Positions 16,165 through 25,836 of a DNA stretch of 32,000 bases are shown here, one piece after another. A program made the position numbers and the translations under genes. Each line of letters begins with the position of its first letter. Within the stretch, counting starts at the first letter, position 1. The notes beneath the pieces are model-generated. The model searched no databases and was not told where the DNA came from. It was given only the letters and a program-made list of their open reading frames with translations. Origin of the DNA: Sulfolobus acidocaldarius DSM 639. Lineage in GTDB: Archaea; Thermoproteota; Thermoprotei_A; Sulfolobales; Sulfolobaceae. The stretch lies in assembly GCF_000012285.1 (NCBI RefSeq), contig NC_007181.1, forward strand, positions 1,830,001 through 1,862,000, written 5' to 3'.

Positions 16165-17460
16165 TCATCTCCCTCTTGCAATTAATGATAACAGAAGATA
16201 TAAAACAGTTTTATATCTCTCTTCATCTAATGATCCTCTTCTCTCCATTACACTTTTTAAAAATATTTTTGATATTCCAATTTTTTCCAAATATTTTTCA
16301 AAATCTATTTCACTGGGAGAGATGAGTTTAGTCTCCTTAGTTTTGCTCTTTGCTCTTACTCCCAATTTCTCACTAACCAAATCTCCAACCTTTTCCCCTA
16401 CTAATCTTGAAGTGGTAAACTTACCTCCTATTATAGATATTAGACCAGATACCCCATCTTCTCTTTCATGATCTAATATTGTGAAATCTCTACTGGCTTT
16501 TCTACCGTCCTCACTAGTTCTCATTAAAGGTCTAACAGAAGCGTAGGTTCTAATAACTCTCGTTTTAGATAATTCAGGCACTAATTGAGATCCTTCTTTA
16601 ATTAACATCTTCACGTCTTCATCTGATATAGTAAAATTATCTGGGTCTTCAATTATAGTTGCCGTAGTACCCAATATTGAAGTATCTTGATATGGTACTA
16701 TTATATCTCCATCAGAAGGTGGCCTAAGTCTGTTTAGCACTGCGTTATTAACCTTTTTTCCAAACACTGCCATTATTCCAGCTGTAGGCAATATGGGAAT
16801 CTCTTCTAATCCTGCCATTGTAATGATTTTAAACGCCCAAGGTCCCGAGGTATTTATTATTATATCACTTTTTATTAGGTTCATTTGATTAGTAATTTTA
16901 TCGAAAACCTTTACACCTTTTATCGAATTTCCATCCCTAATAAATTCTGTTACCTCATTGTACGTCATAATTCTAGCCTTGTTTAGTGACCCCGTTACGG
17001 CTATGCTTGATAAAAGATCATAACCATATACTACCTTATCCGGAACCCAAATAGCTATTTTTAAGTCTTTATTCACATAAGGTTCTTCTTGTAAGACTTG
17101 ATTATTATCAACTATCTTATGCTCTATCCCTAATTTCTTTAGGGAAGAAAGAAACTTATCTAAAAATTCCAGGTCTTCTTTAGTAATACCTAAAAATAAC
17201 CCCCCTGTATCTCTTATAGCGTGAGGAGCTATTTTCGAAATTATATTGTTTTCTTGAATGCACTCCTTTGCTGACTCAGGATCTGTTACGGCGTACCTAG
17301 CACCACTATGTAAAAGTCCATGGAACCTACCAGAAGTTCCAGATCCAATGTCTCTCCTTTCAACCAGAGTTACATCAATACCTCTTAAAGCCAAGTCTAA
17401 GGCAGTAAATAGACCATTGGCTCCCCCACCTATTACTAGAACGCTTGTTTTTATTTCCAT
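16165..17460 (-). CDS. FAD-dependent glycerol-3-phosphate dehydrogenase (GlpA/GlpD family, short form)
   Basis: VLVIGGGANGLFTALDLALRGIDVTLVE (dinucleotide-binding motif) and GSGTSGRFHGLLHSGARYAV (G3PDH signature). At 431 aa it lacks the C-terminal extension of bacterial GlpA. It is divergent from glpK. Confidence 0.9.
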   Translation of the reverse strand: MEIKTSVLVIGGGANGLFTALDLALRGIDVTLVERRDIGSGTSGRFHGLLHSGARYAVTDPESAKECIQENNIISKIAPHAIRDTGGLFLGITKEDLEFLDKFLSSLKKLGIEHKIVDNNQVLQEEPYVNKDLKIAIWVPDKVVYGYDLLSSIAVTGSLNKARIMTYNEVTEFIRDGNSIKGVKVFDKITNQMNLIKSDIIINTSGPWAFKIITMAGLEEIPILPTAGIMAVFGKKVNNAVLNRLRPPSDGDIIVPYQDTSILGTTATIIEDPDNFTISDEDVKMLIKEGSQLVPELSKTRVIRTYASVRPLMRTSEDGRKASRDFTILDHEREDGVSGLISIIGGKFTTSRLVGEKVGDLVSEKLGVRAKSKTKETKLISPSEIDFEKYLEKIGISKIFLKSVMERRGSLDEERYKTVLYLLLSLIARGR

Positions 17461-17661
17461 AAAAAACTAATTTATATTTTACATTTAAATTTTATTGCCA
17501 GCAGCTATGTTTATTGTTTCCACTTTTCATACTGAATTTCACAATCTATGATTTTTCTACTATGAAATTTAAATGTTGCAGGGAGCCGGTTTAGAATTAC
17601 TATAATATAATAGTAAGAAGTAATAAAGAGTAAACATCAAATAATTATAAATTATATTTTT

Positions 17662-17680
17662 TACGAAAAATTTTTATATG
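17662..17680 (+). promoter_or_regulatory. Putative glpK-glpF promoter (TATA TTTTTATAT), contained in a 19-mer that recurs at 25800-25818
   Basis: TACGAAAAATTTTTATATG ends 24 nt before the ATG at 17704. An identical 19-mer lies at 25800-25818. Confidence 0.4.
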
Positions 17681-17703
17681 AAAATAGAAATGGATAAAAT
17701 GCT

Positions 17704-19197
17704 ATGGCTGAAAAATACGTGATAGCCATAGACGAGGGAACTACTAGTGCGAGAGCTATCGTTTTTGACAAGGAATTAAACATTCTAGGAATAGGGCAAA
17801 ACGAGTTTACTCAATACTATCCTCAACCGGGTTATGTAGAGCATAGTCCTGAGGAAATATGGCAAGCTCAGTTGTTAGCTATAAATAAAGCATTAGAGAA
17901 AGCTAAGATAGATCGAAACAATATTTTGAGTATAGGTATAACGAATCAAAGAGAGACTACAGTGATGTGGGATACTAGAACGGGGAAACCGATATATAAT
18001 GCTATTGTTTGGCAAGATAGGAGAACTGCCCCAATAACTGATTACCTTAAAGCTAACTATTTGAGGTTGATAAAGGATAGGACAGGTTTAGTGCCAGACC
18101 CATACTTTAGTGCATCTAAGATAAAGTGGATTTTAGATAATATACCTAATGCTAGAGAGAAGGCAGAAAAAGGGGAAATAAAGTTTGGAACTATAGATAC
18201 TTACTTAATATGGAAATTAACTAACGGTAAAGCTCATGTAACTGATTATTCAAACGCGTCTAGGACTATGCTATTTAATATAAGAAAATTAGAGTGGGAC
18301 AGAGAAATATTGGAAATACTTAACATACCCGAGGCTATTTTACCTGATGTAAAGCCTTCAAGCGAGATTTATGGTTACGCTGAGATTCTTAATTCTTCTA
18401 TACCTATATCAGGAGACGCTGGAGACCAACAGGCTGCGTTGTTTGGTCAAATAGCATTCAACCAAGGAGATGTGAAATGCACATATGGTACTGGTAGTTT
18501 CATTTTACTTAATACAGGGAGTAACTTAGTTTCCTCTAACGATCTGCTAACAACTATAGCATGGGGGGTAGGTAAAGGAATCACATATGCTTTAGAGGGC
18601 AGTATATTCATCACTGGGGCAGCTGTTCAATGGTTCAGAGATGGTCTTAGAGCTATAGATGTATCTGATGAAATAGAACCTTTAGCCGGTAGCGTTCCAG
18701 ATAATGGTGGGGTGTATTTCGTCCCTGCATTTACGGGATTAGGAGCACCATACTGGGACCCTTACGCAAGGGGACTAATAATAGGAATAACTAGGGGTAC
18801 TACTAAGGCTCACATTGCTAGAGCGATATTAGAATCGATGGCATATCAGACAATGGATGTGTTAGGAATAATGCAGAGGGACTCTGGGATAAAGATAGAC
18901 GCACTTAAGGTAGATGGTGGTGCCTCAAAGAACGACTTACTAATGCAATTTCAAGCTGACATACTTAAAATGAAAGTAGTAAGACCGAAGATTATGGAAA
19001 CGACTTCGATGGGAGTTGCGATGCTAGCAGGCTTAAGTGTAGGGTATTGGAACTCTATGGATGAGTTAAAACAGAAGTGGAAAATTGACCAGGTATTTGA
19101 ACCTAAGATGGATGATGAATATAGGGAAAAATTATATTCAGGATGGAAAGAAGCAGTGAGAAGAGCCTTAGGTTGGGCTAAGACTATTGGGGGTTGA
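17704..19197 (+). CDS. glpK: Glycerol kinase
   Basis: [54 protein letters not shown] and [19 protein letters not shown] together match FGGY-family GlpK throughout its 497 aa. Confidence 0.95.
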   Translation: MAEKYVIAIDEGTTSARAIVFDKELNILGIGQNEFTQYYPQPGYVEHSPEEIWQAQLLAINKALEKAKIDRNNILSIGITNQRETTVMWDTRTGKPIYNAIVWQDRRTAPITDYLKANYLRLIKDRTGLVPDPYFSASKIKWILDNIPNAREKAEKGEIKFGTIDTYLIWKLTNGKAHVTDYSNASRTMLFNIRKLEWDREILEILNIPEAILPDVKPSSEIYGYAEILNSSIPISGDAGDQQAALFGQIAFNQGDVKCTYGTGSFILLNTGSNLVSSNDLLTTIAWGVGKGITYALEGSIFITGAAVQWFRDGLRAIDVSDEIEPLAGSVPDNGGVYFVPAFTGLGAPYWDPYARGLIIGITRGTTKAHIARAILESMAYQTMDVLGIMQRDSGIKIDALKVDGGASKNDLLMQFQADILKMKVVRPKIMETTSMGVAMLAGLSVGYWNSMDELKQKWKIDQVFEPKMDDEYREKLYSGWKEAVRRALGWAKTIGG

Positions 19198-19203
19198 GAC
19201 AAA

Positions 19204-20085
19204 ATGGCATCGGAAGTTGTAAGGGATAGTTTGTGGAGGTATTTTGCTGAATTTGTGGGTACCTTTATCTTAATGCTCTTCGGTGATGGTGCAGTAGTAG
19301 CGTCCTTAGTAACTAACGGTACATCACCGGGTTATGGATTTATTATGATATCATGGGGATTCGGAGTTGTCTTAGCAATTTACGCTGTAGGTCCAATAAG
19401 TGGAGCTCATATAAATCCAAACGTTACGTTAGCTTTCGCAGTTACAAAAAGGATGAAGTGGAGAGATGTAATTCCCTATATATTGTTCCAAACGTTAGGA
19501 GCAGCTGCTGCAGCAGGAATATTACTAGCCTGGTGGGGTAGCATTATTACTAAAATGGATCCTCCACCCACTTTATATGCCCAAGTAGGAGCATCGTTTT
19601 TTACAGAATATCCAAATCCATCCTTCTGGGGTCAATATTGGCCTAAAGAATTACTGCTACCAAATTCAGCGAGCGGGACTTCACTGTTTTCTGAAGTTAA
19701 TCAAGTATTTCCGTTATGGATAGGTGCTTTCGCTGAATTGCTGATGACTTTCTTACTCTTATTGATAGTCTTAGCGGTTACTGACACTGATTCACCGTTT
19801 TTCAATCAAAGCTTAGCTCCATGGGCTATTGGTATAGGTTATGTGATGCCATTCTTATTGTTTGAGGCTCAACTAACGGGGGGTATGATAAATGAGGCCA
19901 GAAGCTGGGGACCAATGCTAGCCCTTTACTTATTTGGGTATAGAACTGGAGCGTTCAACTTTAGAGGGCAGTATTTCTTCGTCTATGGTATCCCAGATTT
20001 TATAGGAGGCATCTTAGGTGCTCTGTTCTGGGATTACGTATTGAAGCCATATCTTAAATATCTAAAAAGCAATAATAAAAAATAA
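19204..20085 (+). CDS. glpF: MIP-family aquaglyceroporin (glycerol uptake facilitator) with non-canonical NPA boxes
   Basis: AEFVGTFILMLFGDG, ISGAHINPNVTLAFA (box 1 NPN) and LTGGMINEARSWGPML (box 2 NEA). It lies 6 nt downstream of glpK. Confidence 0.85.
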   Translation: MASEVVRDSLWRYFAEFVGTFILMLFGDGAVVASLVTNGTSPGYGFIMISWGFGVVLAIYAVGPISGAHINPNVTLAFAVTKRMKWRDVIPYILFQTLGAAAAAGILLAWWGSIITKMDPPPTLYAQVGASFFTEYPNPSFWGQYWPKELLLPNSASGTSLFSEVNQVFPLWIGAFAELLMTFLLLLIVLAVTDTDSPFFNQSLAPWAIGIGYVMPFLLFEAQLTGGMINEARSWGPMLALYLFGYRTGAFNFRGQYFFVYGIPDFIGGILGALFWDYVLKPYLKYLKSNNKK

Positions 20086-20090
20086 AATAG

Positions 20091-20101
20091 TTTTTTATTT
20101 T
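20091..20101 (+). terminator. Oligo-T tract downstream of glpF
   Basis: TTTTTTATTTT begins 6 nt after the stop codon. Archaeal termination commonly uses such T-runs. Confidence 0.35.
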
Positions 20102-20245
20102 ACTCCAACAGGTGTCTCCACTAAAGACTTTTTACAATTTCCTTAAGGTTGAAAACTATAAACGTCGATAGACACATAGACCAAAATACTCTATATTTTA
20201 GATAACTTTTTAAATAAGTTTTGTAATTCTAATTTGGTCAATATA

Positions 20246-21289
20246 ATGTATAGGGTTTCTGAGAGAGATATATATCATTTAGCGATAGGTAGTTCAGTTT
20301 TAGGCTCCGGAGGAGGAGGTAATCCGTTTCTAGGATATGAAATATTAAAGACGAAAATGAAAGAACTCAATAAAGACGAGCTATATTATGAACAGGAAAT
20401 AGCTGATAATGATTTCATTATTGGAGTAGGAGGTATGGGATCTCCATTGGTAGGTATAGAAAAAATACCAGCTGGTACAGAATATTTTAAAGCCTATGAA
20501 TGTTTATCTAAATTTCTCAAGAGAGAAGCATCCAGGATAACATCAATAGAAATAGGTGGTATAAACTCTGTGGTACCATTTATTGCCTCGTTATTCGCCA
20601 ATAAGCCCTTAGTTGATGGTGATTTGGAGGGAAGAGCTTTTCCAGAACTTTATATGACTACTTCGCATTTTATCGGTATAAATGCTACGCCAATGTGCAT
20701 AGTAGATGAGAGGGGTAATCAAGTAATTTTAGACTCTGTTGATAACTACTATGCTGAAAAAATCGCTAGAAGTATAACTGTTAGATTTGGAGGAAGAGGT
20801 TATATTGCTATTTATCCTATGAATGGAGAGAGTTATATTAAAAGTGCAATACTAGGGAGTATTTCGCTTAGCATAGATATCGGTAAAATACTGAATAATG
20901 AAGGACTGGATTCCATGTTAGATTATGTTAAGGGTAGGATTCTCTTTCATGGAAAAGTTATAGATGTAAGAAGAACTAATTTGCCAGGTTTCAACTCAGC
21001 TATAGTAACGATTCAAGGTTTAGAGGAATACAAGGATTACATTGCTAAGTTATACGTTAAGAATGAATACTTATTATTTGAAGTCAATAATAATATTGTT
21101 TCAATTGCACCAAATATAATAAATCTTGTAGATTATAGAAATAAAATAATTACGTCAGATATGATTAAATACGGTATTAGGGTTAGAGTTATCGGAATTC
21201 CCGTTTCACCAAAATGGAGAGAAATAGGAGGAGAAGAGATAATTTCAAAAAATATATTAAATGAGTATAAAAAATTATTAAATCTTTAA
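20246..21289 (+). CDS. DUF917-family protein, paralogue 1
   Basis: Family hallmarks as I remember them: LGSGGGGNP, GGMGSPLVGIEKIP, IEIGGINS and DGDLEGRAFPEL. ATG 20246 is preferred because TTTTAAATA lies about 30 nt upstream. The 3' end overlaps the convergent gene by 12 nt. Confidence 0.8.
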   Translation: MYRVSERDIYHLAIGSSVLGSGGGGNPFLGYEILKTKMKELNKDELYYEQEIADNDFIIGVGGMGSPLVGIEKIPAGTEYFKAYECLSKFLKREASRITSIEIGGINSVVPFIASLFANKPLVDGDLEGRAFPELYMTTSHFIGINATPMCIVDERGNQVILDSVDNYYAEKIARSITVRFGGRGYIAIYPMNGESYIKSAILGSISLSIDIGKILNNEGLDSMLDYVKGRILFHGKVIDVRRTNLPGFNSAIVTIQGLEEYKDYIAKLYVKNEYLLFEVNNNIVSIAPNIINLVDYRNKIITSDMIKYGIRVRVIGIPVSPKWREIGGEEIISKNILNEYKKLLNL

Positions 21290-22822
21290 TTCTCCCACAA
21301 CCTTCACGCTTACCTTTATGGCATTACCCGGTAAATATGGCATTTGCAACTCCTCAATTTCCCTAACTTCTATCGATGTTTCAATAGCCCCAGCCGATAT
21401 CGCAGTCTTCTTAGCTTCCTCTATTAGTGATTTAATTGCAATATCTCTATTTGTCTGTTCATATGAGAAGGTTCTCTCTATCGTAGCCCCAACTTTAGTT
21501 AGTGTACATCCAATAGCATTAGCATACTGGGCATTTTTAGGAATTACCAACTTAGAAGAGCCTTTCAAAATTTCCGGCAGCATAATGCTTCCTCCTCCTA
21601 CTCCTATCACTATAACGTCTTCCTTAGAAGTTTTCATAATGTCTATGGCGTTCTCCCAGGATTCTACCATTTTATTGTAAATCTTTTTAAGGTATCCATC
21701 TAAGTATTTATTTCTTACAAGTTCTGGGTTAGATCCCTCAATCTTGATTCCCTTAACCACCATTGAAACGTCAGTAGTAGTAAAAGTATCTCCTCCCCAA
21801 GATAATCCTCTTTTGGTAAGCATGAAACCCACGCTCTCTGGCCCTATTTCTTCTCCTCTTATAATTGTCCCTCCACCTAATGCTAAAGTGTATATGTCTG
21901 GCATTCTAAAATTCGTTCTTATTCCGGCTATCTCAACTGGACTTGCTGATTCCCTTGGATATCCCTTATACAGAACTCCAACATTGGTTGTTGTGCCTCC
22001 GATATCCATAACAATAGCGTCTGTTATTCCCGTTAGTAAATGAGCTCCTCTTATACTATTTGAAACTGGTCCTGCTACTGTGAATATGGGAAACTTTTTA
22101 ATGAATTGTGCAGAAGCGATAGTACCATCATTCTGAGCAAAATAAAGTTCTACATTTTCTAAACCGAGCTTATGAAGAAGAGATTGTAAAATTTGTATTA
22201 AATTATTAAAAATGTTTAGGATTAATGAGTTAAGTATTGTAGCATTTTCCCTTTCTATAAGGCCAATACCTCCTATTTGATGTGACAACGTTATTGGTAC
22301 GCTTATTCCTTCCTTTAATAAAATATCCTTAACTCTGTTCTCGTGCTCTGGATTAACTATGGAAAATATTGATGTTATCGCTACACTATCAACTTTTCCA
22401 TTTATCTCACTAGCTATTTGATATATCTTGTTTTCATCGAGAGGTAGTATCTCTTCTCCAGTATATTCATGTCCTCCTCTTACTAAATGCACGCTAGTAA
22501 CAAAGGATCTGAGCCCTTCTGGCCACTCCATAAGAGGAGGAACGCCCTCTCCAGCAGGTAATCCTATCCTAATGACAGCTACTCTATTTAGCCTTTTAGC
22601 TTGATGTATCGCATTTAATCCATGAGTAGTCCCTATCATTAAAGCTTTAATTTCATTTTTCCTCTCACCAAGGTTTTTTATAACCTCAGTTATAGCGTTA
22701 AGTAATCCCTCTGTTAGATCTGGTGTGGTTTCTACTTTTGTAGCATATATTAAGTTTCTTCCTTCTAGTGCTACTGCGTCAGTGTGCGTACTACCTATAT
22801 CTACACCAATTTTTATAGCCAT
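21278..22822 (-). CDS. Hydantoinase/oxoprolinase-A-family protein, short form (HyuA-like ASKHA ATPase)
   Basis: MAIKIGVDIGSTHTDAV (phosphate-1), VMDIGGTTTNVG (phosphate-2) and GVGGGSIMLP. At 514 aa it is shorter than the canonical 680-aa HyuA also present in this window. Confidence 0.8.
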   Translation of the reverse strand: MAIKIGVDIGSTHTDAVALEGRNLIYATKVETTPDLTEGLLNAITEVIKNLGERKNEIKALMIGTTHGLNAIHQAKRLNRVAVIRIGLPAGEGVPPLMEWPEGLRSFVTSVHLVRGGHEYTGEEILPLDENKIYQIASEINGKVDSVAITSIFSIVNPEHENRVKDILLKEGISVPITLSHQIGGIGLIERENATILNSLILNIFNNLIQILQSLLHKLGLENVELYFAQNDGTIASAQFIKKFPIFTVAGPVSNSIRGAHLLTGITDAIVMDIGGTTTNVGVLYKGYPRESASPVEIAGIRTNFRMPDIYTLALGGGTIIRGEEIGPESVGFMLTKRGLSWGGDTFTTTDVSMVVKGIKIEGSNPELVRNKYLDGYLKKIYNKMVESWENAIDIMKTSKEDVIVIGVGGGSIMLPEILKGSSKLVIPKNAQYANAIGCTLTKVGATIERTFSYEQTNRDIAIKSLIEEAKKTAISAGAIETSIEVREIEELQMPYLPGNAIKVSVKVVGELKI

Positions 22823-23892
22823 GTTACATCATTCCTCTTCTCTATTGGTTCATAATCTATGTTGTAACCAAAAACTCTAGGTCCTATATATTTTAATGCC
22901 TCTTTTGTTCTGAGCCTTTCATGAGCGGGAATTCCTATTATCAAGACTTTCTGACCGTATTTGATCCTATCAGTTGTTATTGGTTTAAAGGTAAACATGT
23001 CTAAAACAGTTATCAGATCTGGAACTGAAACTAGCACATTATCTTCAAGAGTTGCAATCAAGAACTCATTCTGAAAATCTATTTTTAAGGATTTATTAGA
23101 ATACTCCTCCATTCCTTCTATTACAACAAACCCTCTCGAAAATCCCTTCTCTATTCTTCTGATAACGTCAATAACCTTTCCCTTAAACAATATTTTAGCT
23201 TTTAAGTAATCTAATACTTCATTGAACTTAATCTGATTTAACAATTCACCTATATGTAGCGCTAAAGATAACGTATCTAAGACTGCCGTTTTATTATACA
23301 TGTTTAACGTGGTTCCATAGAGGGATATATATGCTGCTCCGCCATATCTCAGAGTGATAACCCTAGCTATTTTTTCAGCCCATACACCATCTATTCCTTC
23401 TACTACCGAAACGTTTCCCCTCTCATCTAGAACTATTACTGGAGATGGATCTACTCCATAAAAATAAAACGTAGTCATCTGGAGTTCTGGAAACGCTCTT
23501 CCCATACCATCTCCATCCAATACTGGTAAGCCTAAAGCTGAAGCAACTATAAGAGGAATAGTTGAATTCACCCCACCTATTTCCAAAGGAGTAATGTATT
23601 CAACTTTTCTACCCGTAATTTCTGAGTATATTTTTAGTGCTTTATTAGCCTCATCTCCGCTCGGTATCTTCTCTATCATAACTATTGGAGCACCCATCAT
23701 AGCACTTCCGACCACTTGGGCGTTATTACTTTTGGCATTTCTTATCACTTCTACTGGTCCCCTTCTCTCTATAGCTCTCTTGAGCATTAAGCCTCCTATG
23801 TATGGATCTCCTCCCCCTCCAGTACCTAAGAAAGCAGCGCCAGTCACCAAATTATTTACGTCCGAAGACCTTATAGTATATGTTTCCATCAA
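22813..23892 (-). CDS. DUF917-family protein, paralogue 2
   Basis: LGTGGGGDP, MMGAPIVMIEKIP, LEIGGVNS and DGDGMGRAFPEL. It is roughly 40% identical by eye to paralogue 1 and overlaps the downstream HyuA-like gene by 10 nt. Confidence 0.8.
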   Translation of the reverse strand: MMETYTIRSSDVNNLVTGAAFLGTGGGGDPYIGGLMLKRAIERRGPVEVIRNAKSNNAQVVGSAMMGAPIVMIEKIPSGDEANKALKIYSEITGRKVEYITPLEIGGVNSTIPLIVASALGLPVLDGDGMGRAFPELQMTTFYFYGVDPSPVIVLDERGNVSVVEGIDGVWAEKIARVITLRYGGAAYISLYGTTLNMYNKTAVLDTLSLALHIGELLNQIKFNEVLDYLKAKILFKGKVIDVIRRIEKGFSRGFVVIEGMEEYSNKSLKIDFQNEFLIATLEDNVLVSVPDLITVLDMFTFKPITTDRIKYGQKVLIIGIPAHERLRTKEALKYIGPRVFGYNIDYEPIEKRNDVTWL

Positions 23893-23893
23893 T

Positions 23894-24283
23894 TTACACC
23901 TTTATTATTGAATATCCTTTTTTATATGCGAGATATAATAACGATGCTCCCCATATTGCTTGAATTATTGACATTAAGCTTTCTATAGCCACTATGAAAA
24001 TTGTTGTATATAGTATTGGAGCATAAATTATTGAGATGTAACCAAGTGCGAAGGAAACTATTAGCCATGAAAATTGAACTCCGGCTCTTGTCCTATCCTC
24101 TATGTTATTGTTTCTGAGATATCTTATAGCATCCCAAATACATAAAAATAGAATCAAAACTCCATATGTTAAATTATAAATTTTGACAAAATAAGCCACA
24201 TCTGCCATATATAGGCTAATGTATGCTATGCTTATTAAGAAATTTACTACTAAATAATATGTAAATAAATTGTTTACATTCAT
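23894..24283 (-). CDS. Small 4-TM membrane protein, unknown function, translationally coupled to the NCS1 permease
   Basis: 129 aa with four hydrophobic helices. Its ATG overlaps the permease stop (ATGA, 24280-24283), and it ends 1 nt before the DUF917 start. Confidence 0.55.
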   Translation of the reverse strand: MNVNNLFTYYLVVNFLISIAYISLYMADVAYFVKIYNLTYGVLILFLCIWDAIRYLRNNNIEDRTRAGVQFSWLIVSFALGYISIIYAPILYTTIFIVAIESLMSIIQAIWGASLLYLAYKKGYSIIKV

Positions 24284-25647
24284 GATAATCTCCCACCTTT
24301 ATAAGTGTAGGGTAAGATCTCTGGACTTTTCCCTAGTAATTCAAAAATGTAGTATATTAGAATATATGCTAAGAAACCTGTTATCAATGCGTTTATTGCA
24401 GGTATACCATATGGAACTATAAATCCTACTAGTGCACCCAATCCTAATGCTACTACACCAGCAATATTAAGATTATAGTAAGCGTTACCAGGTTTAAACT
24501 TATACCTTTCATGAGGGTCTTTAACTCCTTTTAAGTAACTTCTTACAATGAAGAAGTCAGCAATTACTATACCTCCCACAGGTGGAAGTATGTTTCCTAA
24601 TACGGTTATAAAATTTTCAAAGGGAGTTATAGATGAACCTGCGGTAAATCCTACATATGCTGCAACGGCGGTCCCTATTACACCATTAATCACTGATGCT
24701 AACTCTCTTCTCATCGGATATAAGTTAACAAGAGATAAAGATCCACTATATAGGTTATCTGTATTTATTATGAATTGACCAAATACTATAATCAGTAATA
24801 CACCAGCTCCCATACCTAATTCTAGCATAGCGTTAGTGACTAAATATGTACCAGTTACTAGAACCATTGCCACGCCGCCTAATATCAGGAAGGGATAGAG
24901 GAAAATTATGTGTGCTACCCAGGCTACACTAGCGTCTTTTGCGGTTTTACCAAATCTAGCTATGTCCGGGGATATTATAGTTCCTGCGCTATATAATCCT
25001 ACAGTGGCTGATATTCCGTCTAATAAACTCATATGTGATGTTGGTGCAGCAGACATGACAGCGGAAAATCCACCTTTTAATGCAATCACTATCGCAATAC
25101 CTATTGCAATTAACCATATATGAAATGGAATTGTAAAATAGCTTAAGAACGATAGCATTTTATATCCTATATACGTCATCACGATCATTATTATACCTCC
25201 CCAAATTGCTGCGAAACCAACCGAAAAGAAAGGATTATTGGGAAATATCTCATTCATAACTATACCAAATAGCCATGTCTCAACAGCATACCAACCAATT
25301 CCAGTAGTTACTGTAATTAACAAAAATCCAGCAATTTTTCCTCCCCATCTACCTAGAGGAAATCTCCATAATACGTAGGTCGAAAGTCCACTATATGCAC
25401 CTATGGAGGCAGCTAGCCCACCTAAGATTGTTAGCACTATAGTACCACCTAACACTGCTATTATTGCCTGACTGAATGTTAAACCATACCCTAATGCTCC
25501 TCCAGCCCATATTACAGCTATAGCACCATAAACAGAAGCAAACACTAAAAACATGTTATAGAATCCGTATCTGGACTGCTTAGGTACTTCTTCTAGTGAA
25601 TAATCATCAAATTTTGAAGTTTCCTCTTTACTTTTTTTTCCTTCCAT
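24280..25647 (-). CDS. NCS1-family permease (purine/cytosine/hydantoin/allantoin type, CodB-like)
   Basis: 455 aa and about 12 TM helices. It has the N-terminal EEVPKQSRYGFYNMFLVFAS...WAGGALG motif typical of the purine-cytosine permease family. Confidence 0.8.
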   Translation of the reverse strand: MEGKKSKEETSKFDDYSLEEVPKQSRYGFYNMFLVFASVYGAIAVIWAGGALGYGLTFSQAIIAVLGGTIVLTILGGLAASIGAYSGLSTYVLWRFPLGRWGGKIAGFLLITVTTGIGWYAVETWLFGIVMNEIFPNNPFFSVGFAAIWGGIIMIVMTYIGYKMLSFLSYFTIPFHIWLIAIGIAIVIALKGGFSAVMSAAPTSHMSLLDGISATVGLYSAGTIISPDIARFGKTAKDASVAWVAHIIFLYPFLILGGVAMVLVTGTYLVTNAMLELGMGAGVLLIIVFGQFIINTDNLYSGSLSLVNLYPMRRELASVINGVIGTAVAAYVGFTAGSSITPFENFITVLGNILPPVGGIVIADFFIVRSYLKGVKDPHERYKFKPGNAYYNLNIAGVVALGLGALVGFIVPYGIPAINALITGFLAYILIYYIFELLGKSPEILPYTYKGGRLS

Positions 25648-25836
25648 ACTCTAAGTTAACTTAGTAATAATAATAAATTTTTACATGTTATTTAAGGATA
25701 AATTTACTTTTCAAAATATTCAGTTATATGTAAGCCTTTGTTTCAAGGTTACCTTGCAATATCGAACTATGGAATAAAATCACTTTAGACTACTAGATAT
25801 ACGAAAAATTTTTATATGGGATGGGGCGAAATTTTT

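Noticed and set aside
21318-22043. Plus-strand ORFs of 120 and 99 aa antisense to the HyuA-like gene. Analogous ORFs occur at 23594-23911, 24548-25123, 26132-26332, 26637-28061, 28611-28793, 13033-13896, 15847-16059, 17258-17470, 18951-19202, 19353-19541 and 31599-31922.
   Set aside because: These are shadow ORFs opposite well-supported genes, with no independent promoter spacing or recognisable sequence features.
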